From NCBI GenBank assembly GCA_048938295.1, contig JBHLMI010000038.1:1-21114 (forward strand): DNA of 21,114 nucleotides. Reading direction: 5' to 3'. This document shows, piece by piece, positions 1-6,829 of the stretch. A program made the position numbers and the translations under genes. The notes under the pieces are model-generated. The model was not told the DNA's origin. It made no database searches and worked only from the letters and a program-made list of their open reading frames with translations. This DNA is from Promethearchaeota archaeon. Lineage in GTDB: Archaea > Asgardarchaeota > Hermodarchaeia > Hermodarchaeales > Hermodarchaeaceae. Position 1 is the stretch's first letter. Each line of letters begins with the position of its first letter.

Positions 1-636
1 ATTTTTGCTTCCCGCCATAAATCCGCCGCTTTCCAACCAGCGCTCCTTACCCATATTCCTGGCAATTGGGCTGATGCCGACTTGGGAGGAAAAGCTTCCA
101 CCCTGTGCATCGCACCACCATCAGCCATGAAAGTCGCATTACACACCCTTAACTCCGAGCGACAACGGTTAGGACTTCACGACTGGGCATGTGGGCTAGA
201 AGCCACTCATCATGGTCCTTTCATTGATGCCACGCCGGTTCTCTATATTGAGATTGGCAGCACTGAACAAGAATGGCAAAATCCCATTGCTGCAGAGATT
301 GTTGCACGCACCATCGTTTCAGTTGCTAAGCGTTACTCGACACCCTATCCACCAGTTTTGGGTTTTGGCGGTCCCCATTACTGTCCGGGGTTTACACGGC
401 TAAATCTTGAAACGGACTATGCAGTCTCTCATATCGTTCCCAAATATCACTTGGATATCCTGTCTGAATCGCTTGTGAGTCATGCTATCGAACGAAGCTC
501 TCCCAAACCCATCTATGCTGCTTTGGACTGGAAGGGGATGAAGAGAAACCAACGAGAGCAGGTCGCCCATATCGCTGAATCCTTGGGATTACAGGTCGAA
601 CGGATCCACAATCTCATTCGGCAATCGCCCGAATAA
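1..636 (+). CDS. dtdA: Archaeal D-aminoacyl-tRNA deacylase (DTD2/GEK1 family), 5'-truncated by window edge
   Basis: Frame 1 is open from base 1 (IFASRHKS...LLTHIPGNW..ADLGG), upstream of the track's ORF at 82. Family motifs LEATHHGP, IEIGSTEQEW, GFGGPHY and LDWKG are present. Confidence 0.93.
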   Translation: MFASRHKSAAFQPALLTHIPGNWADADLGGKASTLCIAPPSAMKVALHTLNSERQRLGLHDWACGLEATHHGPFIDATPVLYIEIGSTEQEWQNPIAAEIVARTIVSVAKRYSTPYPPVLGFGGPHYCPGFTRLNLETDYAVSHIVPKYHLDILSESLVSHAIERSSPKPIYAALDWKGMKRNQREQVAHIAESLGLQVERIHNLIRQSPE

Positions 637-657
637 TCATAGGTTGATGTGCGAATG

Positions 658-674
658 CGAAAAGACTTATTAAG
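658..674 (+). promoter_or_regulatory. Putative BRE/TATA promoter for secE-spt5
   Basis: CGAAAA (BRE-like) followed by CTTATTAAG, about 50 nt upstream of the secE ATG. Confidence 0.6.
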
Positions 675-725
675 AGAGGAAAGATGAGACTGCCCAAGAC
701 CTCTAGTTGAATTCAGGTGAAAAAC

Positions 726-911
726 ATGTCAGAGCGCCTAACAGAATTCTGGGAAAACACAAAGCGCATCGTCCAGCTGTCCCAACGACCATCCCGAAAC
801 GAAATCTGGATGCAGTTCAAACTTAGTATGCTCGGTCTTTTCGTCGTCGGAGCCGTTGGCTACATCATTCGCCTCATCATGACCGTCGTCACCACCGCCT
901 TTGGCGGTTAA
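726..911 (+). CDS. secE: Protein translocase subunit SecE/Sec61-gamma
   Basis: Amphipathic helix, RPSRNE hinge, then one TM segment (LGLFVVGAVGYIIRLI). Sits directly before spt5. ATG 726 is preferred over GTG 717 because AGGTGA lies 5 nt upstream. Confidence 0.9.
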   Translation: MSERLTEFWENTKRIVQLSQRPSRNEIWMQFKLSMLGLFVVGAVGYIIRLIMTVVTTAFGG

Positions 912-952
912 GGTCCAACACTGAGGAATGCTCGACTAGGGAGGTGCACTGA

Positions 953-1456
953 ATGGCGGAAGAAACCACCAACATCTACATCGTGAGAACTACCATCGGA
1001 CAAGAGAAGGGTATTGCCCACGTCATCTCAGGTCGAGTTAGCAAACGGCAAGTCGACCTCAAAGCCATTCTCGTCCCCGAACCCCTAAAGGGGTACATCT
1101 TCATCGAAGCACGCAGCCCCCGCGAAGTCGAACTCGCCATCGCCGGAATCCCCCACATCAAAGGTATCATCCCCGGCAAAATCCTAATCGACGAAATCGA
1201 ACACATCCTCGTCCCACGACCCCCCACCGAAGACCTCGAAATTGGCGCCATCGTCGAAATCACCGGCGGACCCTTCAAAGGAGAACGAGCCCGCGTCATG
1301 CGCATCGACACCTCCAAGGATGAAATCACCCTCGAACTCTTCGAGGCCCCCTCACCCATCCCGGTGAAGGTCCACGCCGACTTCCTCCGCATCGTCGAAC
1401 GACGTCCCACCGAAGAACTCGAAGAGGAAGAGGAAGAAGACCTCCTTAAACTCTAA
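953..1456 (+). CDS. spt5: Transcription elongation factor Spt5 (NusG homologue)
   Basis: NGN domain (IYIVRTTIGQE...KGYIFIEA) and KOW motif (VEITGGPFKGERARV). SD GGAGGTG upstream. Acidic C-terminal tail. Confidence 0.96.
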   Translation: MAEETTNIYIVRTTIGQEKGIAHVISGRVSKRQVDLKAILVPEPLKGYIFIEARSPREVELAIAGIPHIKGIIPGKILIDEIEHILVPRPPTEDLEIGAIVEITGGPFKGERARVMRIDTSKDEITLELFEAPSPIPVKVHADFLRIVERRPTEELEEEEEEDLLKL

Positions 1457-1563
1457 CGACGTATTCTCGGTGAAAGGTTTCTCAAACCTAAGCTCGTACC
1501 AAAGCAATTAATTGACTCGTATCCTTATTTTCAGAAAAGAACTCAACAGGTATATGAAAGCAA

Positions 1564-1788
1564 ATGAATGAACACAAACCGCCATCCCAACGGCTCTCAA
1601 AAGAGACATGGATCATTCTCATCCTCTTTGCGGGCCTCGTCTTGTCAAATTCCCTTATGGTCCTTGCCCTCATCTTTCTTGGACCTACCTTCATCTTACC
1701 CATCATCATTGGTTACGCCCTCACCCACCTCGCATTTTTCCTCAGCATACTCTTCTTCGGTATCTACTACATTCGTCACAAAGAGTGA
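1564..1788 (+). CDS. Small hypothetical membrane protein (2 predicted TM helices)
   Basis: 74-aa ORF filling the spt5-rpl11 gap, with two hydrophobic stretches and a basic C-end (YYIRHKE). No family recognised. Confidence 0.55.
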   Translation: MNEHKPPSQRLSKETWIILILFAGLVLSNSLMVLALIFLGPTFILPIIIGYALTHLAFFLSILFFGIYYIRHKE

Positions 1789-1805
1789 TTTTCTCCGCGT
1801 AGCAG

Positions 1806-1820
1806 CAGAACATTTAAAAA
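1806..1820 (+). promoter_or_regulatory. Putative promoter of the rpl11-rpl1-rpl10-rpl12 operon
   Basis: CAGAAC then TTTAAAAA (1813-1820), about 48 nt before the rpl11 ATG. GAGGAG SD-like sequence precedes the ATG. Confidence 0.55.
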
Positions 1821-1868
1821 CTGCCTCAAGTTCAAGGAGCTGAATCCATACAAGAGGAGACACCACCA

Positions 1869-2351
1869 ATGGGCAAAGTCGTCTGTGAAGCCCTCGTAGA
1901 AGGCGGAAAAGCATCAGCCGGACCCCCCATCGCCCCAATCCTAGGGCCGACCGGGGCTAATTTGTATCAGATTGTCCAAGAAATCAACAGGCAGACAGAA
2001 GACTTGAAAGGGCTAAAGGTTCCGGTCACTATTGTTGTGGATGATGATACCAAGGAATTCGAGATCACCATCGGTCTTCCTCCCACCTCTGCATTGATTA
2101 TCAAGGAGGTGGGTGTCGAGAAGGGCACCGGTGTAACGGGAACAGAAATCACCGGTGATATTTCCTTTGATCAGGTGCTGAAGGTTGCCCGTGCAAAGGA
2201 AAATGACCTGTTGGGTAGTTCGCTTGCGAATCGGGTGAAATCGGTGCTTGGTACCTGTGTAAGTATGGGTGTCACTGTGGATGGAATGGATGCCCGGTCA
2301 GTTCAAAAGGAAATTGATGATGGCGCCCATGCCGACAAACTACAAGGATAA
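1869..2351 (+). CDS. rpl11: 50S ribosomal protein uL11 (archaeal L11)
   Basis: EGGKASAGPPIAPILGP, KVPVTI, PPTSALI and GTCVSMGVTVDG motifs, plus gene order. Confidence 0.98.
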   Translation: MGKVVCEALVEGGKASAGPPIAPILGPTGANLYQIVQEINRQTEDLKGLKVPVTIVVDDDTKEFEITIGLPPTSALIIKEVGVEKGTGVTGTEITGDISFDQVLKVARAKENDLLGSSLANRVKSVLGTCVSMGVTVDGMDARSVQKEIDDGAHADKLQG

Positions 2352-2356
2352 ACTAG

Positions 2357-3019
2357 GTGGAGTCAAGGATGTCATTGAAACTGGCAAACATTGTCTCGGC
2401 GGTCAGCGAAGCACAAACGCAGTCGAAGAAGCGCAAGTTCGAAGAGGCCATGGAAGTCATCGTGAACTTGAAGGGTATTGACCTCAAAAAGGGTGGTAAA
2501 CAGCTCAATGTTGATGTCACTCTCCCTCATAGTACCGGTGAAGGTGTCAAGGTTGCAGTTATAGGTTCCGGGAATTTTGCTTTTAGCGCTCGAAATTCGG
2601 GTGCAGCTCGTGTCTTGGAACCAGAAGACATCGAACAGCTAGAGGCAAATAAGGATGCAGCAAAGGCATTAGCTGAAGAAGTTGATTTTTTCATTGCTCA
2701 AGCCGATATGATGCCCCTCGTAGGTCGGGTCTTGGGTCCTTTTCTTGGTCCACGTGGAAAGATGCCACGCCCTGTCCCTCCTGACACCGATGTCACAAAT
2801 CTCCTCTCAGAATTCTCTTCATCCGTCAAACTCCGAATGCGCAAGAACCTGGTCGTTCAAGCCAAAGTTGGTAAACGCTCAATGCAACCCAAGTCTGTCG
2901 CTGAGAATATCCAAGCCGTAGTCACCTCGCTTGAAAGGAACCTTGAGCGCGGTATGAATAACATTGACAAAATCTTCACCAAAACCACAATGGGACCCCC
3001 ATTCCAGATTCAGATGTAA
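2357..3019 (+). CDS. rpl1: 50S ribosomal protein uL1
   Basis: RKFEEAMEVIVNLKGIDL, LGPFLGPRGKMPRP and KTTMGP motifs. The start may be ATG 2369 rather than GTG 2357. Confidence 0.97.
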   Translation: MESRMSLKLANIVSAVSEAQTQSKKRKFEEAMEVIVNLKGIDLKKGGKQLNVDVTLPHSTGEGVKVAVIGSGNFAFSARNSGAARVLEPEDIEQLEANKDAAKALAEEVDFFIAQADMMPLVGRVLGPFLGPRGKMPRPVPPDTDVTNLLSEFSSSVKLRMRKNLVVQAKVGKRSMQPKSVAENIQAVVTSLERNLERGMNNIDKIFTKTTMGPPFQIQM

Positions 3020-3036
3020 CAAGACGGTGACACATT

Positions 3037-3963
3037 ATGAGTGCAAAACAAGAATCTCAGGCAACTGCTGCTGTTCCCCATACGAGCAAGGGTCGTCCCG
3101 TCCCTAAAGCGAAGCTCAATGAGGTTGCCCACCTCGTGTCCCTGCTCAAAAAGTATGACTATATCTCTTTGCTTCGCACCGAACAGATTGGGTCAAAACA
3201 ATTCCAAACCATCAAAAAGGTTCTCCGGGATACCGCACGTATCCACATGTCACGGAACACGCTCATGATCCGAGCCCTCGAGCAAGCGGCAGCCGAGAAA
3301 AAGAATCTTGACAAGCTCATCCCCTATGTTGAAGGGTCCAGTGCGTTTGCCTTCACTAATATTAGTCCCTTTGAACTCAACGATCTACTCCAACAAAACA
3401 GAGCCAAAGCCCCAGCCAAAGTAGGAACCGTTTCCCCCATCGACATCACAATCCATGCTGGGAACACCGGCTTCCCACCCGGACCCCTGATCTCTGAACT
3501 CGGTCAAGTGGGACTCAAAACCCGTATTCAAAGCGGATCCATCTGGATTACCCAAGACCATGTCATCGTGAAAACCGGTGAAACCGTTTCTCGTGAACAA
3601 GCCCTCGTCATGTCCCGACTAGGTATGGAACCGTATGAAATTGTACTCCAACTGGTCGTTGCCTACGATAATGGTCTCATCCTCTCTGCCGATGTCTTCA
3701 AGATTTCAAGAGGCGACGTGGTCGATCAACTAACAATTGCAGGACAAGAGGGATTAGCGCTTGCCCTGACGGCGAATTATATTAGCGAAGAGACTTTACC
3801 ATTGCTGTTGCAAAAAGCGTTCCAAGAAAGTCGAAGCCTTTCTCTCTTTGCTGTAATCCTCACTGATGAAACGACAGAACAAATCCTAGCTCAAACAGAG
3901 CAAAGTGCCACAGCACTTGCGCAGGCAGTCCGGAATAAGAACCCGGATGCCCTGCTGAACTAA
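3037..3963 (+). CDS. rpl10: 50S ribosomal protein uL10 (P0), lacking the acidic C-terminal tail
   Basis: MSRNTLMIRAL, APAKVG..SPIDI, GNTGFPPGPLISEL and LSRLGMEP motifs. SD GGTGA upstream. Lies between rpl1 and rpl12. Confidence 0.96.
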   Translation: MSAKQESQATAAVPHTSKGRPVPKAKLNEVAHLVSLLKKYDYISLLRTEQIGSKQFQTIKKVLRDTARIHMSRNTLMIRALEQAAAEKKNLDKLIPYVEGSSAFAFTNISPFELNDLLQQNRAKAPAKVGTVSPIDITIHAGNTGFPPGPLISELGQVGLKTRIQSGSIWITQDHVIVKTGETVSREQALVMSRLGMEPYEIVLQLVVAYDNGLILSADVFKISRGDVVDQLTIAGQEGLALALTANYISEETLPLLLQKAFQESRSLSLFAVILTDETTEQILAQTEQSATALAQAVRNKNPDALLN

Positions 3964-3980
3964 ACCTGGTGTAATGAAGA

Positions 3981-3995
3981 CAAAAGATTAAAATA
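3981..3995 (+). promoter_or_regulatory. Possible internal promoter for rpl12
   Basis: CAAAAG + ATTAAAATA in a 105-bp spacer, much longer than the 5-17 bp spacers earlier in the operon. Confidence 0.35.
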
Positions 3996-4068
3996 TGCCA
4001 CAACAGAGCGTTCCACCTCACAGGTAACGCCCCTGTCTTCCACAAGAAACACGGAGGACGAACGAAAA

Positions 4069-4377
4069 ATGGAATATATATACAGTGCAATGCTCCTTCA
4101 CAAAGCGGGCAAAAAAGTCTCTGCTGCCGGTCTAACCAAGGTGCTCGAAGCTGCAGGTGTCAAACCCGATGAAGGCCGTATCAACGCCCTCGTTGCAACG
4201 CTCAAAGATATCAACATCGACGAAGCTATCAAGGCTGTCCCTATCGCCGCTGCTGCCCCCGCAGCCGCTCCTGCTGCCGCTGCTCCAGCTGCCAAGCCCG
4301 CAGAAGAGAAACCCAAGAAAGAAAAAGAGGAAGAAAAGCCTGAAGAAGTAGCCGGTCTTGGCGCCCTCTTTGGCTAA
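4069..4377 (+). CDS. rpl12: Ribosomal stalk protein aP1/L12
   Basis: [16 protein letters not shown]-terminus, Ala/Pro hinge, and [16 protein letters not shown]-terminus. SD GGAGGA upstream. Confidence 0.98.
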   Translation: MEYIYSAMLLHKAGKKVSAAGLTKVLEAAGVKPDEGRINALVATLKDINIDEAIKAVPIAAAAPAAAPAAAAPAAKPAEEKPKKEKEEEKPEEVAGLGALFG

Positions 4378-4458
4378 CCATCCAGGGGCATACGCATCAT
4401 CCCTACTTCTCAATCCATTTCTTAACGAGGCTAGTCCATAATAGACTCAAGAAACGGC

Positions 4459-4977
4459 TTAGTGACCACGCCGTAAATACCAGCCTAAGTCGAGCCGTTT
4501 TTTCACCTGCCTCTTAACTCCTGATTTCGTCAAGCGTCCATAACCTAACCCTTCTCCCTGCGCATTGAAGACAACAACTGGTCGTGGTTCCTCGAAGCTC
4601 AGAACCTGGCGCACAAACTCGGACGATTCGAGTGATTGCCCATACAAGAATCGTTGTTCACCTTTATTGTCTGTCACGATTTTTGCTTCCGGTTTGATGT
4701 TGCCGCTCAAATAATGCAGAACATGCAGACTTGGCAGAAGTTGCCCTTTTTTGAGCTCTCCCAGAAAAAGCCCGATAAAATAGGGGTGCCTGGGCTGCAC
4801 CAGTTCATAGAGCTTCCACAAAGAGGAGGATACAACAAATACTTCGTTGCGCCGTCCTCTTCCCAGCAACAAACAGTTCTTTTCAAGAAGACGATTAACA
4901 GCTTCCTCTGAGATAAAGAAAACCAGGCTTTTGCGAATTTGCTGGGTTTCTTCCTCACTTGGAGGACCGAAGATCAA
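4459..4977 (-). CDS. nip7: Ribosome biogenesis protein Nip7 (PUA domain)
   Basis: PPSEEET N-terminus (compare eukaryotic RPLTEEET), IGLFLGE, EQRFLYG, VVVFN...LGYG and DLGWYLR motifs. TTG at 4977 overlaps the upstream TGA (TTGA). The ORF track start is 5001. Confidence 0.85.
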   Translation of the reverse strand: MIFGPPSEEETQQIRKSLVFFISEEAVNRLLEKNCLLLGRGRRNEVFVVSSSLWKLYELVQPRHPYFIGLFLGELKKGQLLPSLHVLHYLSGNIKPEAKIVTDNKGEQRFLYGQSLESSEFVRQVLSFEEPRPVVVFNAQGEGLGYGRLTKSGVKRQVKKRLDLGWYLRRGH

Positions 4978-5939
4978 GCGGCTTGTTTTTCCATTTTGCA
5001 AATAAAGAAACCCTCCATCCCATGCTTATAAGGATAAAACCGACGAGCTAATCGTAGCGACGCATCAACCTCGCGACCAAAAAAGGTGGTCAACCCAGAA
5101 TCACCAAAGGGTAAATTTGTCGAAATAACGCGCAAAGGACACCGCTGTAAAGCAAAATCAATGATTTCCTCATTTTCCTCAGGAGCAAACGAACAGGTTG
5201 AATACACCAGGACGCCACCCCTACGGAGCAGCTTGGCTGCCGCAACAATCAGTTTCCGCTGAACCTGAACCAAAGTTGCATAATCGTCAGCGGTTCGACT
5301 CTGTTTTCGCGATGGATCCAAGGGGATTAATCCCTCACCAGTGCACGGGGCATCTAACAAGACAGCATCCGCTTGTACACCTACGTCAGGTAACTCGGCT
5401 GCATCCATCCGCATCACCAAGCTATTTTCCACCCGCATTCGTGATAGATTCGATCGAAGACTCCGAATTCGGTTTCGGTTGATATCGGTCGCCACCAAAA
5501 CCCCTTGATTTTCCATCAACTGCGCAATGAGGGTTGTTTTACCCCCGGGCGCCGCACACATATCTACTACCTGCTGGTCATCACGTGGTCTTAAAACTTC
5601 AACCGCCCACATCGATGCTGGACTCTGCAACATATAATGACCTAACAAATATTCAGTCGTCGCTCCCACAGCCAAGGGTGACTGGAGTACCTGAAACGCA
5701 TACGCTAGTCCGTCAATCGGTGCCAGTTCGAATCCCTTGGTTTCTAACCGTTGTTTCTCCTCCAGAATCGGTACTGCGAGGGTGTTCACCCGAATGGTTT
5801 TAGGGAATTCCTGGTCATTTCCCTGAAGAAATTGGTCTGTTTCCTCTCCGAAGAGGGCTAGATAGCGTTCAACCATGAATTCTTTGTACCCATACTTTTT
5901 GGCTAATCGGTGAGTGTTGCTGCTTATCACGCTCATCAC
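4974..5939 (-). CDS. NOL1/NOP2/Sun-family RNA (cytosine-C5) methyltransferase
   Basis: Motif I DMCAAPGGKT, motif IV LLDAPCTGEG, motif VI LVYSTCS (both catalytic cysteines) and GFFICK. Substrate (rRNA or tRNA) cannot be read from sequence. Start is GTG 5939 or ATG 5936. Confidence 0.94.
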   Translation of the reverse strand: MMSVISSNTHRLAKKYGYKEFMVERYLALFGEETDQFLQGNDQEFPKTIRVNTLAVPILEEKQRLETKGFELAPIDGLAYAFQVLQSPLAVGATTEYLLGHYMLQSPASMWAVEVLRPRDDQQVVDMCAAPGGKTTLIAQLMENQGVLVATDINRNRIRSLRSNLSRMRVENSLVMRMDAAELPDVGVQADAVLLDAPCTGEGLIPLDPSRKQSRTADDYATLVQVQRKLIVAAAKLLRRGGVLVYSTCSFAPEENEEIIDFALQRCPLRVISTNLPFGDSGLTTFFGREVDASLRLARRFYPYKHGMEGFFICKMEKQAA

Positions 5940-5965
5940 GTTATTCTTCTAGCAACGCAAGAAGG

Positions 5966-5973
5966 CTTAAGAA
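5966..5973. promoter_or_regulatory. Palindromic TATA-like element possibly shared by the divergent methyltransferase and hypC genes
   Basis: CTTAAG(AA) in a 68-bp spacer, about 27 nt from the minus-strand start and about 35 nt from the hypC start. Confidence 0.4.
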
Positions 5974-6007
5974 GCATCCGCCTCCACTCTCTATGCGGTG
6001 AACAATC

Positions 6008-6241
6008 ATGTGTCTTGCCATCCCCGCCCAAGTGGTCAGTGTAAAAGACAAAACCGCCATTGTCGATTTCGGTGGCGTGAAACGCTCCGTCTCTATAGCC
6101 CTCTTAGAGAACCTCGCGCCTGGAGACTATGTCATTGTTCATACCGGCTATGCCATCCAAAAAATGGATCAAAAAGATGCCGAAGAAAGCCTTGAACTCT
6201 GGCGTGAAGTCTTGGCCGGTGATCAACCTCCCCAAACCTAA
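6008..6241 (+). CDS. hypC: [NiFe]-hydrogenase maturation chaperone HypC/HupF
   Basis: Diagnostic MCLAIP N-terminus, VDFGGV, and GDYVIVHTGYAI. SD GGTGA upstream. Confidence 0.96.
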   Translation: MCLAIPAQVVSVKDKTAIVDFGGVKRSVSIALLENLAPGDYVIVHTGYAIQKMDQKDAEESLELWREVLAGDQPPQT

Positions 6242-6273
6242 TCCCCTCTCTCACTTTTAGCATGTAGCTGCCG

Positions 6274-6313
6274 TGAAAAGAAAGAAGGGTTGTCTCCCAA
6301 GGGGGAGACAGCC
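6274..6313 (-). terminator. Hairpin plus pyrimidine tract, likely terminator of the DPM2-like gene (may also serve convergent hypC)
   Basis: Perfect 8-bp inverted repeat TGTCTCCC-aagg-GGGAGACA (6291-6310), followed on the minus strand by CTTCTTTCTTTTC. Confidence 0.55.
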
Positions 6314-6333
6314 GATGGTCGACGGTTTGTGGG

Positions 6334-6672
6334 TTACTCTTCTTTAGCTTCCTCTTCTTCCTCAATTTCTTCAAGGGGAATCGGGGGTGGAGTCGTAAGC
6401 ATGGTCCAACCAATCCAAGCCACAATGAAGAGTACAAGCACAATCGCCAGCCATATCGGAATTGCCACAGCCCAATAGGGCTCCGCTAGCACTGGAATCC
6501 AGTAGAAGAATGGAAACCACGGATGACCAGAAAGATCAGGAAATGCACCCGTGAAGGAAGGGTAGACTGTGTAGAACATGAAAGGATAGATCAAAGCCCA
6601 ATAGGTGTAATAGAGTAGAACTAGAATCGCGAAGAGGAGAATGAGGAAACCATAGACTTTATCTCGTGCCAT
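6334..6672 (-). CDS. Two-TM membrane protein resembling eukaryotic DPM2 (Dol-P-Man synthase regulatory subunit)
   Basis: TM1 D.V.G...YYT.W...PF and TM2 AVAIP......L.LF....I...ML.T match my recalled human DPM2 sequence without gaps. The C-terminal WIGWTMLTTPPPIPLEEIEEE resembles a poorly annotated archaeal small membrane-protein family. The CDS is solid; the product call is provisional. Confidence 0.7.
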   Translation of the reverse strand: MARDKVYGFLILLFAILVLLYYTYWALIYPFMFYTVYPSFTGAFPDLSGHPWFPFFYWIPVLAEPYWAVAIPIWLAIVLVLFIVAWIGWTMLTTPPPIPLEEIEEEEEAKEE

Positions 6673-6829
6673 AATTGGTTACCCCTAATGGTAGGGAATA
6701 TGCGACTGCCTTGATAAGGCTTTATTCTTAAGTCTTACCCACAGGCAGCCCAATTCTTAGAACAGATGAGTCAACTACCAAATAAATACTTATGGCTCGC
6801 AAGCTAAAACACATCTCGGAAGAAACGCA

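Noticed and set aside
2357-2460. uL1 autoregulatory binding site in the rpl11/rpl1 mRNA
   Set aside because: I could not identify the expected helix-asymmetric loop-helix by eye. It needs a covariance-model search.
4249-4300. GCT/GCC/CCT short tandem repeats
   Set aside because: Ordinary Ala/Pro hinge of the stalk protein aP1.
5720-5745. GTTCGAATC, a tRNA T-loop-like motif
   Set aside because: The flanks (GCCAG / CCCTT) do not pair into a T-stem, there is no cloverleaf, and it lies antisense within the methyltransferase CDS.
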